DNA of 64,000 bases, from positions 1-64,000 of the IMG/VR virus record IMGVR_UViG_3300043448_001007. One strand, given 5' to 3'. Positions 19,929-28,560 of the stretch are shown here, piece after piece (position 1 is the first letter of the stretch; the number at the start of each line of letters is the position of its first letter). Both the position numbers and the translations under genes were made by a program. The DNA is from a virus. The notes under the pieces are model-generated. The model was given only the letters and a program-made list of their open reading frames with translations, was not told where the DNA came from and made no database searches.

Positions 19929-20276
19929 ATGAATAGTATATTTATTATTGAGCCTTATAAAGTTGGGACAACTTGGGCTTTTGACGATTTAGAAAGAGGT
20001 TTAGTGAAGGAACCATTTGTTGGTGGTATGGGACCAGTAATTAAAAAAATATTAATTGATAAATATGGTGAATCCAAAGACCGATTTACTTTATTCTTCT
20101 CCGATATTGAGTTCCCAGATTTTGATTTCTTCTTAGAAAAGGGAATAGACTTAAATAATGGATCTTTTTACTCAATAGATAACCTAAATCTAAAGGGTTG
20201 GTTATGTCCAGCTTTAAGAAAATATTATACATTGGACTTACCTCAAAAAATTTATTTTAAGATTGAGGTTGAATAA
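19929..20276 (+). CDS. DUF6717-like protein
   Basis: I.PYK...WAFDD...GL.KEPFVGG...GWLCPAL..Y...P..IY. Confidence 0.65.
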   Translation: MNSIFIIEPYKVGTTWAFDDLERGLVKEPFVGGMGPVIKKILIDKYGESKDRFTLFFSDIEFPDFDFFLEKGIDLNNGSFYSIDNLNLKGWLCPALRKYYTLDLPQKIYFKIEVE

Positions 20277-20302
20277 AAAAAAGACCTTTCTAGGTCTTTT
20301 TT
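20277..20302. terminator. Bidirectional terminator
   Basis: aaaaaagacct-ttct-aggtctttttt. Confidence 0.75.
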
Positions 20303-20913
20303 ATATATTTTTCTAATCCATAGTTACCAACAATTTCCTCAATATGTGGGATTTTTAAAATATCCTCATAAAATGAATCATTACCAACATGAATACCACT
20401 TTTAAAATTTATTTTAACCAAATCACCCTCATCAATCACTTCTACCTCACCTAATATATCTTTTAAAAACCTAGTATATAATTTAGTTCTTTGAGAATCT
20501 TTATTATCTTTGATATGTCTCTCTTGATCACTGGAACTTCTCTTAGGATAAAATGATATTCCCTTAAAAACCTCTTCCTTTTCCCATATTTTATACTTAT
20601 TGTTAGTTGATATTAATGATAATACTCCAGCATCATAAGCAGTTGATAATATTTTAGAAATTCTATCCATCATTTCATTTCTATTAGTTACTGGTAATTC
20701 TGAATAATCTTTACTACCATCACTATTTTTTTGATAGAAATCAACTAGAATATAACCACTAGATAATTTAACATTAAAATACATCTTAATATCACCTATC
20801 GTAGATGACATTTCACTCGGTATGTTTAACCCATCAATATTCTCAATATTTTTATTAGAAATATATTTTTCTAATAATAAACAGAATTCCTCAAATAATT
20901 TTAAATAAATCAT
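20290..20913 (-). CDS. Hypothetical protein with CTS-like N-terminus
   Basis: MIYLKLFEEF..LLEK; promoter motif 4 nt upstream. Confidence 0.65.
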   Translation of the reverse strand: MIYLKLFEEFCLLLEKYISNKNIENIDGLNIPSEMSSTIGDIKMYFNVKLSSGYILVDFYQKNSDGSKDYSELPVTNRNEMMDRISKILSTAYDAGVLSLISTNNKYKIWEKEEVFKGISFYPKRSSSDQERHIKDNKDSQRTKLYTRFLKDILGEVEVIDEGDLVKINFKSGIHVGNDSFYEDILKIPHIEEIVGNYGLEKYIKKT

Positions 20914-20936
20914 AATCTATATATTAAAATAAAAAA

Positions 20937-21539
20937 CTACTTTTTATTTTGCATCATTTTGTTAATCATATCGTTTATATCTTTACCAGTCATTGCCACA
21001 CCACCATCATCAGACTTAGATTCGGATTCAACCGATTTAGGAGCTACTTCACTCATATCATTTTTAAAATCTTTATAATACTTTTCTAAATCATTTCTTT
21101 GAGACGCTGCATATTTTGAGTTTTCACGAATTTGAGATATGGTTTGATTTATTACCTCATGCATTCTAGCTGAATTATCACCATTATCAACTTGTCTTAG
21201 TTGTGATAGAAAATTCTTTCGAGTCATCTTTTGTAAAAATAAAGTCTCAGCATATACCATTGCATCCTCATGCATTTTATTCTTTAAATATGGGTGTTCT
21301 TTTATCCCCGGATACTCACCCAAATATAAATCCGATAAAGATTCAATTACATCACTACCTCTTTGCTTAGCTACCTCTAAATCCGATTCATAATCATATA
21401 CTTCCAAACTACCTAAATCTGGTAAATCTTCCATTCTAGCTAAATGCATCGATATATCAAAATCACTTGTACTACCTTCTTGAATCATATCAAATTCATC
21501 TTTTAAACGAGTGGATTCTTTTTCTTTTTTAGTGCTCAT
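20937..21539 (-). CDS. Putative terminase small subunit (gp16-like)
   Basis: SARMHEV plus C-terminal MTGKDINDMI resemble T4 gp16; divergent from TerL. Confidence 0.5.
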   Translation of the reverse strand: MSTKKEKESTRLKDEFDMIQEGSTSDFDISMHLARMEDLPDLGSLEVYDYESDLEVAKQRGSDVIESLSDLYLGEYPGIKEHPYLKNKMHEDAMVYAETLFLQKMTRKNFLSQLRQVDNGDNSARMHEVINQTISQIRENSKYAASQRNDLEKYYKDFKNDMSEVAPKSVESESKSDDGGVAMTGKDINDMINKMMQNKK

Positions 21540-21575
21540 ATATACACGTATTTTTATTTGTATATATTAAACTTT

Positions 21576-21598
21576 AAAAGTGGAAAAAATTCACTTTT
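21576..21598. promoter_or_regulatory. Inverted repeat, possible operator between TerS-like and RHH/TerL
   Basis: aaaagtg-N9-cactttt between two divergent AATATATA motifs. Confidence 0.4.
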
Positions 21599-21621
21599 TA
21601 GAATAAATATATACTATAATT

Positions 21622-21786
21622 ATGGCAAGAAAAAAAGGTAAATTAAAAGAAAAGGTTGGTTTTTCAATCGATAAAGAAATCAACGAATTGTTGGAACAAT
21701 ACTGCCAAGATAACATGGTTAATAAGTCTAAACTAATTAATCATTTAATAAAATCTTTCTTAGTTATACAGGAGGAAAAAGTGTAA
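21622..21786 (+). CDS. Ribbon-helix-helix (CopG-like) protein, 54 aa, TAATG-coupled to TerL-N (not in ORF track)
   Basis: MARKKGKLKEKVGFSIDKEINELLEQYCQDNMVNKSKLINHLIKSFL. Confidence 0.75.
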   Translation: MARKKGKLKEKVGFSIDKEINELLEQYCQDNMVNKSKLINHLIKSFLVIQEEKV

Positions 21787-22289
21787 TGGCTACTAAACAA
21801 ATAATATGGACAACTAAAGCAATTGACGAAGTTAATGAGCAAATAAATATGGGGTTTTATCCTAAAGGTGATATGAATCCATTTTTTGAAGGAACTCCTG
21901 GGTTTAGAAAACCCGGATTGGCTTTTAAAATGACACAGAATGAATTAGAAGAATACATTAAATGTAAAATGGATATTCACTACTTTTCTGAAAATTATTG
22001 CTATGTTAAAGGTGATCAAGGTGAACCAATTAAATTAAAACTTAGAGACTATCAGAAAGAAGTTCTGGATAACTTTTTTAATAACCGTTTTAATATACTA
22101 ATGGCCAGCAGGCAAGTTGGTAAATGCCTGGGTTTCAATGAGTTAGTAGAAATAGAGGTTGGTGATAATATTGTTTTTATTAAAATAGGTAAATTATATT
22201 ATGATACACTTAAAGAAATAAAGGGACTTACATTATTACAAAGAGTTAAGATATTTTTATACGATTTTCTTTCTAAATTGGAAAATTAG
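21786..22289 (+). CDS. Terminase large subunit N-fragment fused to a 54-aa N-intein
   Basis: EEYIKC..D..YF.ENY; LRDYQ; ASRQVGK then CLGFNELVEI (Cys1 at 22125). Confidence 0.9.
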   Translation: MATKQIIWTTKAIDEVNEQINMGFYPKGDMNPFFEGTPGFRKPGLAFKMTQNELEEYIKCKMDIHYFSENYCYVKGDQGEPIKLKLRDYQKEVLDNFFNNRFNILMASRQVGKCLGFNELVEIEVGDNIVFIKIGKLYYDTLKEIKGLTLLQRVKIFLYDFLSKLEN

Positions 22290-22818
22290 CTTTCTTACTT
22301 AACAGGAAGCCAGATAATTTTAATATATGGGAGTCTGACTATAGAAAGAACCCAGAAAAAATAACCAAATTATGTTTAAATTTCTTACAAATATAACAAT
22401 ATATTTAATTCGTAGATTAATTGAGATAGTTGAATACTTTGAGTATTTCAATCGAGATCTTGATGAAGATGATATTCATAAAAAGGTGATAAATGTTATA
22501 TCAACTAGAATTAAAGTTAAATCTGATACTGGTTTTGTTAATGCTAGTGAAATAAATCTAACTCAACCATTTACTCATTATTTATTGATATTAGATAATG
22601 GATATCAATTAAGAGCAGCTGATCATCATTTAGTTTTTGACTCTAATTACTCAACTATCAGAGTTTGTGATTTAAATAAAGGTGATGAAATATGGACTGA
22701 TCAAGGTTTAGTTAAAGTGAAAAGTGTTAAGAAATTAAACTTTAAAAGTTCAATGTTTGATTTGTCAATTGATGATTCAAATATGAGATACTATACTAAT
22801 GGTATTTTATCACATAAT
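22125..22818 (+). mobile_element. Naturally split intein: IntN 22125-22286, IntC 22372-22818
   Basis: Block A CL; block B ADHH; block F FDLSI; block G YYTNGILSHN|T; no endonuclease domain. Confidence 0.88.
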
Positions 22819-24573
22819 ACTGTTTGTTCATCTATAATGATTTTACATTTTGTTTTATTTAATAATAATAAGAACTGTTTAGTTACGGCTAATAAATTAG
22901 ATACGGCGGTTGAGGTTTTGGATAAAATGAAAGAGATTTACCAAAGGCTTCCATTCTTTTTACAGCAGGGGATTTTAAACTGGAATCAAAAATTTATGGT
23001 TTTTGAAAATAAGAGTAGAATTAAAGGATTTGCTACAACTAAGACAGCTTCTATTGGTCAAACAGCTGACTTTTTATATTTGGATGAGTTTGCTTATTTA
23101 CCGGACAATATAGCAGATAAATTTTATAAATCGGTTTTCCCAACTGTATCAAATATTGATAACTCAAAGATTATTATCACATCAACCCCAAATGGAATTA
23201 ATTTATTTCATAAATTGTTGATTGAGGCTGAGAAGCCGGAAGGTGAGAAATCATCATATATTGCTAAAAGAGTTTATTGGTGGCAGGTTCCGAAAAGATT
23301 TGTTTCATATATTAGATTAAGTAAAGATAAATGTTTGAGTTATGGTATAAATCCGGAAGATGTTTTGAAACACTATCAAGAAAAGTTTCCAGATACTAAA
23401 AGTGAGTTATATTATAATGATGAGTTAAAAAAATGGGTGGTTAATGTTTTCAATAATGAAAGTTGTTCAGAAGATGATGTTATTCGGGAAGAAATAAAGG
23501 GTGCTAAAATACCGGAGATTGCGGAAATAACAACTTGGAAAAAGGAAACAATTAAAGATATTGGTGGTGAAGAAGCTTTTAACCAAGAATATGATTTGAG
23601 GTTTATAAATTCATCTAGAAGTTTATTGAGTGAGGGATTGATTGATCAATTAACTAAAGGTAAAGATCCATATGAATGGGAACCAATAGATGAATTAGAT
23701 AATCGAATTAAGTTTTCATATTTAGATTTAAAATGGAATCAAAATCCGGATATTTATAATCCATTAGATAGAAAAAATATGAAAGTTGTATTTTCAGTAG
23801 ATACTGCTGAGGGTTTAGGTCAGGATTATTCAATAATTAATATTTTTAAATTAGTTCCTAAACCAATTACTTTAATGGAGATGCAGAAAAAGAATTATAA
23901 ATCAATTGTAGATTGTTTTCAATTGGTTCAGATTGGTATGTATAGATCAAACCTTGTTTCTGTTCAACAATTATCCGAGATTTTATATGTTTTAGCTTTT
24001 GAATACTTCGATCCTGAAAATGTTAAGATTGTTTTGGAGATAAATGCTTATGGACATGAATTATTGGCACATTTACCAAATTTATTTGATGGTAATAATG
24101 ATTACGGTTCTTTTATCTTTTTCAAATATAAACATCGAGCTGATGCAATAGAAGAGAAGATTGGATTAAAAGTTGGTGATAATAAAAATCTATTAGTTAA
24201 AGACTATCAAGATAGAATGCATGAAAATTCTGTTATTATTAACAATAATGATAATATAAATGAAATAACAACATTTATTAAACATATAACATCGGCTGGT
24301 AATGTTACTTATTCCGCTGATGGTTCAGCTCATGATGACACTGTTATGACTGTTGTTAACTTGTGTTCAGTCTTTGGGAAAAAGGATTTTAAGCAAATCT
24401 GTGATGAGTTTTTACCTTTGATTAAAGATACAGAAGTAAAAAATTATATTAATCAGTTAATAAATAATGGTGAATATGTTGAAGGTTTAAATTACTCACA
24501 ACTTTTGAATATTCGTCGCCAGAATTTAAACCATCAAAAGATGATGAATAATATGAATAAGGGAAAGTTTTAA
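22372..24573 (+). CDS. 149-aa C-intein fused to terminase large subunit C-fragment (gp17-like)
   Basis: SHN|TVCSS; TANK; Walker B LYLDEFA; ITSTPNG; QEY; VDTAEG.GQDYS; HDD.VM. Confidence 0.92.
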   Translation: MFKFLTNITIYLIRRLIEIVEYFEYFNRDLDEDDIHKKVINVISTRIKVKSDTGFVNASEINLTQPFTHYLLILDNGYQLRAADHHLVFDSNYSTIRVCDLNKGDEIWTDQGLVKVKSVKKLNFKSSMFDLSIDDSNMRYYTNGILSHNTVCSSIMILHFVLFNNNKNCLVTANKLDTAVEVLDKMKEIYQRLPFFLQQGILNWNQKFMVFENKSRIKGFATTKTASIGQTADFLYLDEFAYLPDNIADKFYKSVFPTVSNIDNSKIIITSTPNGINLFHKLLIEAEKPEGEKSSYIAKRVYWWQVPKRFVSYIRLSKDKCLSYGINPEDVLKHYQEKFPDTKSELYYNDELKKWVVNVFNNESCSEDDVIREEIKGAKIPEIAEITTWKKETIKDIGGEEAFNQEYDLRFINSSRSLLSEGLIDQLTKGKDPYEWEPIDELDNRIKFSYLDLKWNQNPDIYNPLDRKNMKVVFSVDTAEGLGQDYSIINIFKLVPKPITLMEMQKKNYKSIVDCFQLVQIGMYRSNLVSVQQLSEILYVLAFEYFDPENVKIVLEINAYGHELLAHLPNLFDGNNDYGSFIFFKYKHRADAIEEKIGLKVGDNKNLLVKDYQDRMHENSVIINNNDNINEITTFIKHITSAGNVTYSADGSAHDDTVMTVVNLCSVFGKKDFKQICDEFLPLIKDTEVKNYINQLINNGEYVEGLNYSQLLNIRRQNLNHQKMMNNMNKGKF

Positions 24574-24680
24574 AGCTTTCCTCCAAATATAATTTGAAAT
24601 ATATTCCCTATACAAAATCCAATTAATAGAGAAAATATAGAAAAGCAAGCTAATTGTGTAAATGTGTAGAGTGTTTCCAT
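24570..24680 (-). CDS. Small single-TM peptide, 36 aa, coupled to clpS (not in ORF track)
   Basis: METLYTFTQLACFSIFSLLIGFCIGNIFQIIFGGKL; TAATG overlap; fills the gap. Confidence 0.45.
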   Translation of the reverse strand: METLYTFTQLACFSIFSLLIGFCIGNIFQIIFGGKL

Positions 24681-24958
24681 TAGTTCTTTTCCATTTTAAC
24701 AGACAGACCAGCAGATTTAAGTTGTTCTTTCATTTTTTCAATTTCCTCTTTTGATCCATACTTAACATCACATTTACCTTTATAATGTACTATCATAGCA
24801 CAATTTTCGGCCTGGGTAGATTCATGACCACATATTTTTATCAGACAGGTGATTACCCAATCAAATGTATTGTAATCATCATTGCAGAGAATCAATACAT
24901 ATGGTTGTGAGATAATTTCTTCAACTTGTGTTTTTTCTAATGTTTTTGGTTGTATCAT
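24680..24958 (-). CDS. clpS: Clp protease adaptor ClpS
   Basis: LILCNDDYNTFDWVI..L..ICGH...QA...A..VH.KGK. Confidence 0.9.
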   Translation of the reverse strand: MIQPKTLEKTQVEEIISQPYVLILCNDDYNTFDWVITCLIKICGHESTQAENCAMIVHYKGKCDVKYGSKEEIEKMKEQLKSAGLSVKMEKN

Positions 24959-25050
24959 AATATTTATATATTAAATTTTTTAAGGAAGTTTTATTTTTTG
25001 ATATATATAAAAACAAATTTACGTTTTTAAAAAAATAAAAACAAATTTTT

Positions 25051-25461
25051 ATGAAAATAGATTTAAAATCAATTGTGATAATAATACTAACAGTAGCCTT
25101 GTTGGGTATGTTAGGTAATTTCTTTTTGGGTGGAAGTAACCATAAGAAGGAAATTAAAGAATTGGAAAAAAGAAATCGAGAAATCGAAGCTCAAAAAAAG
25201 CTAATTGATCAAGATCTTAGAAAACTTCAAGATGATTATATTCTAAAAGAAAATAGATTGAAGGAGTTAGAAGAATCTGAAAAAATATTACAAGAAAAAT
25301 TACGAGAAAAAGATATTGAAATTAAAAAAGCGAATGATAATTTGAGTCATCTTAAAGGCGAATTAAATAAAACAAGAGCAAAAATACAAGAATTGGAAAA
25401 GAATCCAAATTATAAAAACGGTGATAATTTATTAAATTCTCTCCGAGAAAAAACAAAATAA
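25051..25461 (+). CDS. N-terminal TM plus coiled-coil protein (i-spanin-like)
   Basis: IVIIILTVALLGMLGNFFL followed by a long heptad coiled coil. Confidence 0.55.
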   Translation: MKIDLKSIVIIILTVALLGMLGNFFLGGSNHKKEIKELEKRNREIEAQKKLIDQDLRKLQDDYILKENRLKELEESEKILQEKLREKDIEIKKANDNLSHLKGELNKTRAKIQELEKNPNYKNGDNLLNSLREKTK

Positions 25462-25465
25462 TTTT

Positions 25466-25975
25466 ATGAAAAAGATTATATTAATAATGACTATAATACT
25501 ATCTAGTTTAGTATTAAAAGCTCAAACCGATACCCTTAATTTACCAAAATATTATATAGTTGATAATGATACAATTGGTGTTATTATGTCAATTGAACAA
25601 TGTCAAAGATTGGATCATAATACAGAACTCTTAGAACTTTATCGTAAGATGTCAATCGACTGTGATAATGTTGAAAAAAGTTATATTATTGTTATTAATA
25701 AGTTGGGTGATAAAATAGCTATATTGGAGGTAGATATTAAGAATTTAAAAAATCAAAATGATCTTCAAAGGGATATGATTGGTAATCTACAAAATCAGAT
25801 AGAGGATTATAAGAAAAAAGATCAACTTAATAATCAAGAACTATCTAATAAAGATCAGATAATAAGTGGACTAAAGAGTGATCTTAGAAAACAAAAGATG
25901 AAAACAGCCCTCGGTTTTGGTGGAACTGTTTTAGCAACTGTTGGATTTGTGGTTTTATTAATTGTAGGTCATTAG
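25466..25975 (+). CDS. Signal peptide, coiled coil and C-terminal TM protein (possible spanin partner)
   Basis: MKKIILIMTIILSSLVLKA|Q; two Cys; C-terminal ALGFGGTVLATVGFVVLLIV. Confidence 0.5.
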   Translation: MKKIILIMTIILSSLVLKAQTDTLNLPKYYIVDNDTIGVIMSIEQCQRLDHNTELLELYRKMSIDCDNVEKSYIIVINKLGDKIAILEVDIKNLKNQNDLQRDMIGNLQNQIEDYKKKDQLNNQELSNKDQIISGLKSDLRKQKMKTALGFGGTVLATVGFVVLLIVGH

Positions 25976-26082
25976 TTAAATACTAATACTACTTTTCCAC
26001 AACCTCTACAAATCTGATAACTGCCACTAGCAGACTCTATTAGAACATATTCACAATAATGATTATTTAAACTAATTTTCAT
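25972..26082 (-). CDS. Small zinc-ribbon-like peptide, 36 aa (not in ORF track)
   Basis: MKISLNNHYCEYVLIESASGSYQICRGCGKVVLVFN. Confidence 0.4.
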   Translation of the reverse strand: MKISLNNHYCEYVLIESASGSYQICRGCGKVVLVFN

Positions 26083-26167
26083 AAAAACTTTTTTAATTAT
26101 ATATAATTAAAAAAATATAAAAAAGTGAGTTTTTGAACTTAATATATAATAAAAAATATTCCATAAA

Positions 26168-26743
26168 ATGAAACATATTAAAACATTTGAAAAATATCAA
26201 AATAGAAAAAGAAGAGATGAAATTATAAAGGAATCAGTTCTTCAAGTTAATGATATTTATAAAGTTAGAACTATGGTTGATATTCCACAATCTTTAATCA
26301 ATTCATACGTGAAAAAAGTAAAAGATACAACTGGTAAAAATTTAAGACAATTTTTCGGAGATGTTGATATTGCAGAAGAAATTGTTAAGTATATTAACTT
26401 AGAGTTTTTAAATGTTGATAAGATCCCATCTGGTTTTTTAACAGGTGATGCTCAAGGTCAAGGACAAGGACAATCTCAAGTTCAGGGTCAAGGACAAGAA
26501 GCTCAAGTTCAACCTCAAGTTCAGGATCAAGGTCAAGTTCAAGTTCAAACAGATGCACAATCACAAGTCCAAGACGATTTTGAGGAAGTTCAAGGTCAAG
26601 GTCAATCTCAAGGTCAAGGTCAATCACAAGTTCAGGGTCAAGGTCAATCACAAGTTCAAGGTCAAGGTCAATCTCAGGAAGAAGATGAAGAAGAATCAAC
26701 TGAGGAGCTTCCAGAAGAAGGTGAAACAGAAGATGAAATATAA
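26168..26743 (+). CDS. Putative head/internal protein with CTS-like N-terminus and Gln-Gly/acidic tail
   Basis: MKHIKTFEKY...IIKES; (QG)n/QSQV repeats. Confidence 0.65.
   Translation: MKHIKTFEKYQNRKRRDEIIKESVLQVNDIYKVRTMVDIPQSLINSYVKKVKDTTGKNLRQFFGDVDIAEEIVKYINLEFLNVDKIPSGFLTGDAQGQGQGQSQVQGQGQEAQVQPQVQDQGQVQVQTDAQSQVQDDFEEVQGQGQSQGQGQSQVQGQGQSQVQGQGQSQEEDEEESTEELPEEGETEDEI
26453..26678 (+). repeat. Low-complexity coding repeat (caaggt)n encoding QG/QS/QV
   Basis: Direct inspection. Confidence 0.85.
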
Positions 26744-26746
26744 TTT

Positions 26747-26772
26747 AAAAACCCAGTTTAGACTGGGTTTTT
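26747..26772. terminator. Bidirectional terminator
   Basis: aaaaacccagt-ttag-actgggttttt. Confidence 0.8.
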
Positions 26773-26777
26773 TATTT

Positions 26778-27623
26778 TTATAATTTAAATTTAAAGTTTT
26801 CAAAAGATTTAATAATATTTGATGTTTTTAATATTATATTCTTTTCTATTATTTTTTGACTCTTATTAGGAGTAACTTCCCTAACACATAATCTTTTCTC
26901 CACATCTCTTACTTTATCTTTAATTACTTTGGATATATCATTGGAATTGACTAAAAATTTTTCCAAAACTTCATTTATTTTATGTGATAAGTTTATCGGT
27001 TTATAATCATTATCATAATAGTAAATAGTATCAAATTCAGATATCTCTTCATTGGTAAATTGATTACCAGTTGTTTTATAACCAATTAAATGTTGTAATA
27101 ATATTTTAACCTTCAAGTATGAAATTTCATCATCTTGTCTATTATAGAAAGTTTCACTTAAATAATAAACATCTGATATTTGGAGACCAATTTCTTGGAT
27201 TTTCTCATCTAATTTTTTAAGGATCTTTTCATATCCATTTTCTTTGTTTTTAGAGGCAATTAAATATATTTTATCATCAGTATTAATTATACTTTGGAAA
27301 GGATCCATGTCTATTTCAAAATGTGATTCTGATATCCTTTCCGAATCCATAAATTCTTGCATAGATATTGAAAGATTGCTGATATCTAATTTATTTTTCC
27401 GACAAATTGTTTTTAGTTTATTCATAAAGATTTCTGGTAAATAGAATATACTACCATTAAAATTTAATTTATTTCCTTGACTTTTATAAATTCCGGATTT
27501 ATATAAATTAAACTCATGAATTTCTATCTTGATAAGTGGATTTTTTGGATTATCTTTTGAAACAATCCAAGCTTTTTGATCGGATACTAAAATAGTATCT
27601 ATGTCTATAAAATGAGCATTCAT
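26778..27623 (-). CDS. HAD-fold-like protein with a C-terminal CTS-like motif
   Basis: HFIDIDTIL (DxD), YYYDND; ends IIKSFENFKFKL. Confidence 0.5.
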   Translation of the reverse strand: MNAHFIDIDTILVSDQKAWIVSKDNPKNPLIKIEIHEFNLYKSGIYKSQGNKLNFNGSIFYLPEIFMNKLKTICRKNKLDISNLSISMQEFMDSERISESHFEIDMDPFQSIINTDDKIYLIASKNKENGYEKILKKLDEKIQEIGLQISDVYYLSETFYNRQDDEISYLKVKILLQHLIGYKTTGNQFTNEEISEFDTIYYYDNDYKPINLSHKINEVLEKFLVNSNDISKVIKDKVRDVEKRLCVREVTPNKSQKIIEKNIILKTSNIIKSFENFKFKL

Positions 27624-27662
27624 ATAATCTATATATTAAAAATAATTTTTTACTTTTAATAA

Positions 27663-27687
27663 AAAAAGGACGTTAAACGTCCTTTTT
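27663..27687. terminator. Terminator hairpin
   Basis: aaaaaggacgtt-a-aacgtccttttt. Confidence 0.75.
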
Positions 27688-27690
27688 ACT

Positions 27691-28137
27691 TTATGCTATA
27701 TTTTTTGATAATGCAAAGTTATATAATATTGGTAGATTTAGATTTCTTAAAAATCCCTCTCTAATATCACCGAATGTTTTTGCGAATTTTACAATCTCAA
27801 TTATGGACCAACCAAACTCTTCCTGAAAATCAAAAAGGCAATCATGCCAATATTTTTTATAGTTATTTGATTCTTCCCACTCCATCTTCCCACCAGTTAA
27901 CCAATATAAACACTTTTTGGGATCAATTTCTTCTAAATTGATATCTTTTATTTCCAAATCCCATATTGGGTCATTCTTTTTAACACTTTTTAATAATATT
28001 GATATAGCTTCTGGTAAATCATATGTAATTTCTGATCCTATTTCAAATAAATATTTATTATCTTCATAATTTATTTTTATTGTATCTGAAAAAAGAATAT
28101 TAAATTCTCTCTTAGTTTCTACTTTTTTTCTTTTCAT
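27691..28137 (-). CDS. Hypothetical protein
   Basis: 148-aa ORF. Confidence 0.65.
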   Translation of the reverse strand: MKRKKVETKREFNILFSDTIKINYEDNKYLFEIGSEITYDLPEAISILLKSVKKNDPIWDLEIKDINLEEIDPKKCLYWLTGGKMEWEESNNYKKYWHDCLFDFQEEFGWSIIEIVKFAKTFGDIREGFLRNLNLPILYNFALSKNIA

Positions 28138-28160
28138 ACAATAATTAATTATTTTTTATT

Positions 28161-28439
28161 TCAAGAAGATATTTTACCAGTCCCATTGAACTGACCATCT
28201 TCCCAAATACCATTAATAAAATTTCCATAAAAATTTCCATTTCTGAAAATTCCAAAAATCCATTGACCAGATAAAAAAATCCCATTGTGCCAAATTAGAG
28301 TATTATTTTTTATTTCAATTTCAGCATCTTCAATTTCAGCATCAATTAACCAAAAAAATTTTAAATCTCTAAGTATTTTTTCTATTTGATGTTGGGTAGT
28401 ATATTTAGTATTATTAAAAATTAGAGATCTATACTTCAT
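28161..28439 (-). CDS. Small protein with [WF]xxGx pentapeptide repeats
   Basis: WHNGIFLSGQWIFGIFRNGNFYGNFINGIWEDGQFNG. Confidence 0.65.
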   Translation of the reverse strand: MKYRSLIFNNTKYTTQHQIEKILRDLKFFWLIDAEIEDAEIEIKNNTLIWHNGIFLSGQWIFGIFRNGNFYGNFINGIWEDGQFNGTGKISS

Positions 28440-28560
28440 AAATAATTAAATCATTTGTAGTATATATTCTTTTTTAATTATAATATTTTAACAAGACTGG
28501 ATTTTTTAAGTTTTTTTGAGAAATTAAATTTAATATATAGAATAAATATAATTGTAATAT

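Noticed and set aside
22287-22364. TAG recoding or readthrough as the explanation for the split terminase
   Set aside because: Reading through TAG reaches TAA at 22362-22364 and never enters the downstream frame; long genes are intact in code 11, and TAG ends several normal genes
22290-22371. Self-splicing intron in terL
   Set aside because: Too short for a group I or II core, and intein motifs already explain both flanks
26394-26783. Alternative-frame ORFs (KVKV and DLDL repeats)
   Set aside because: By-products of the caaggt repeat
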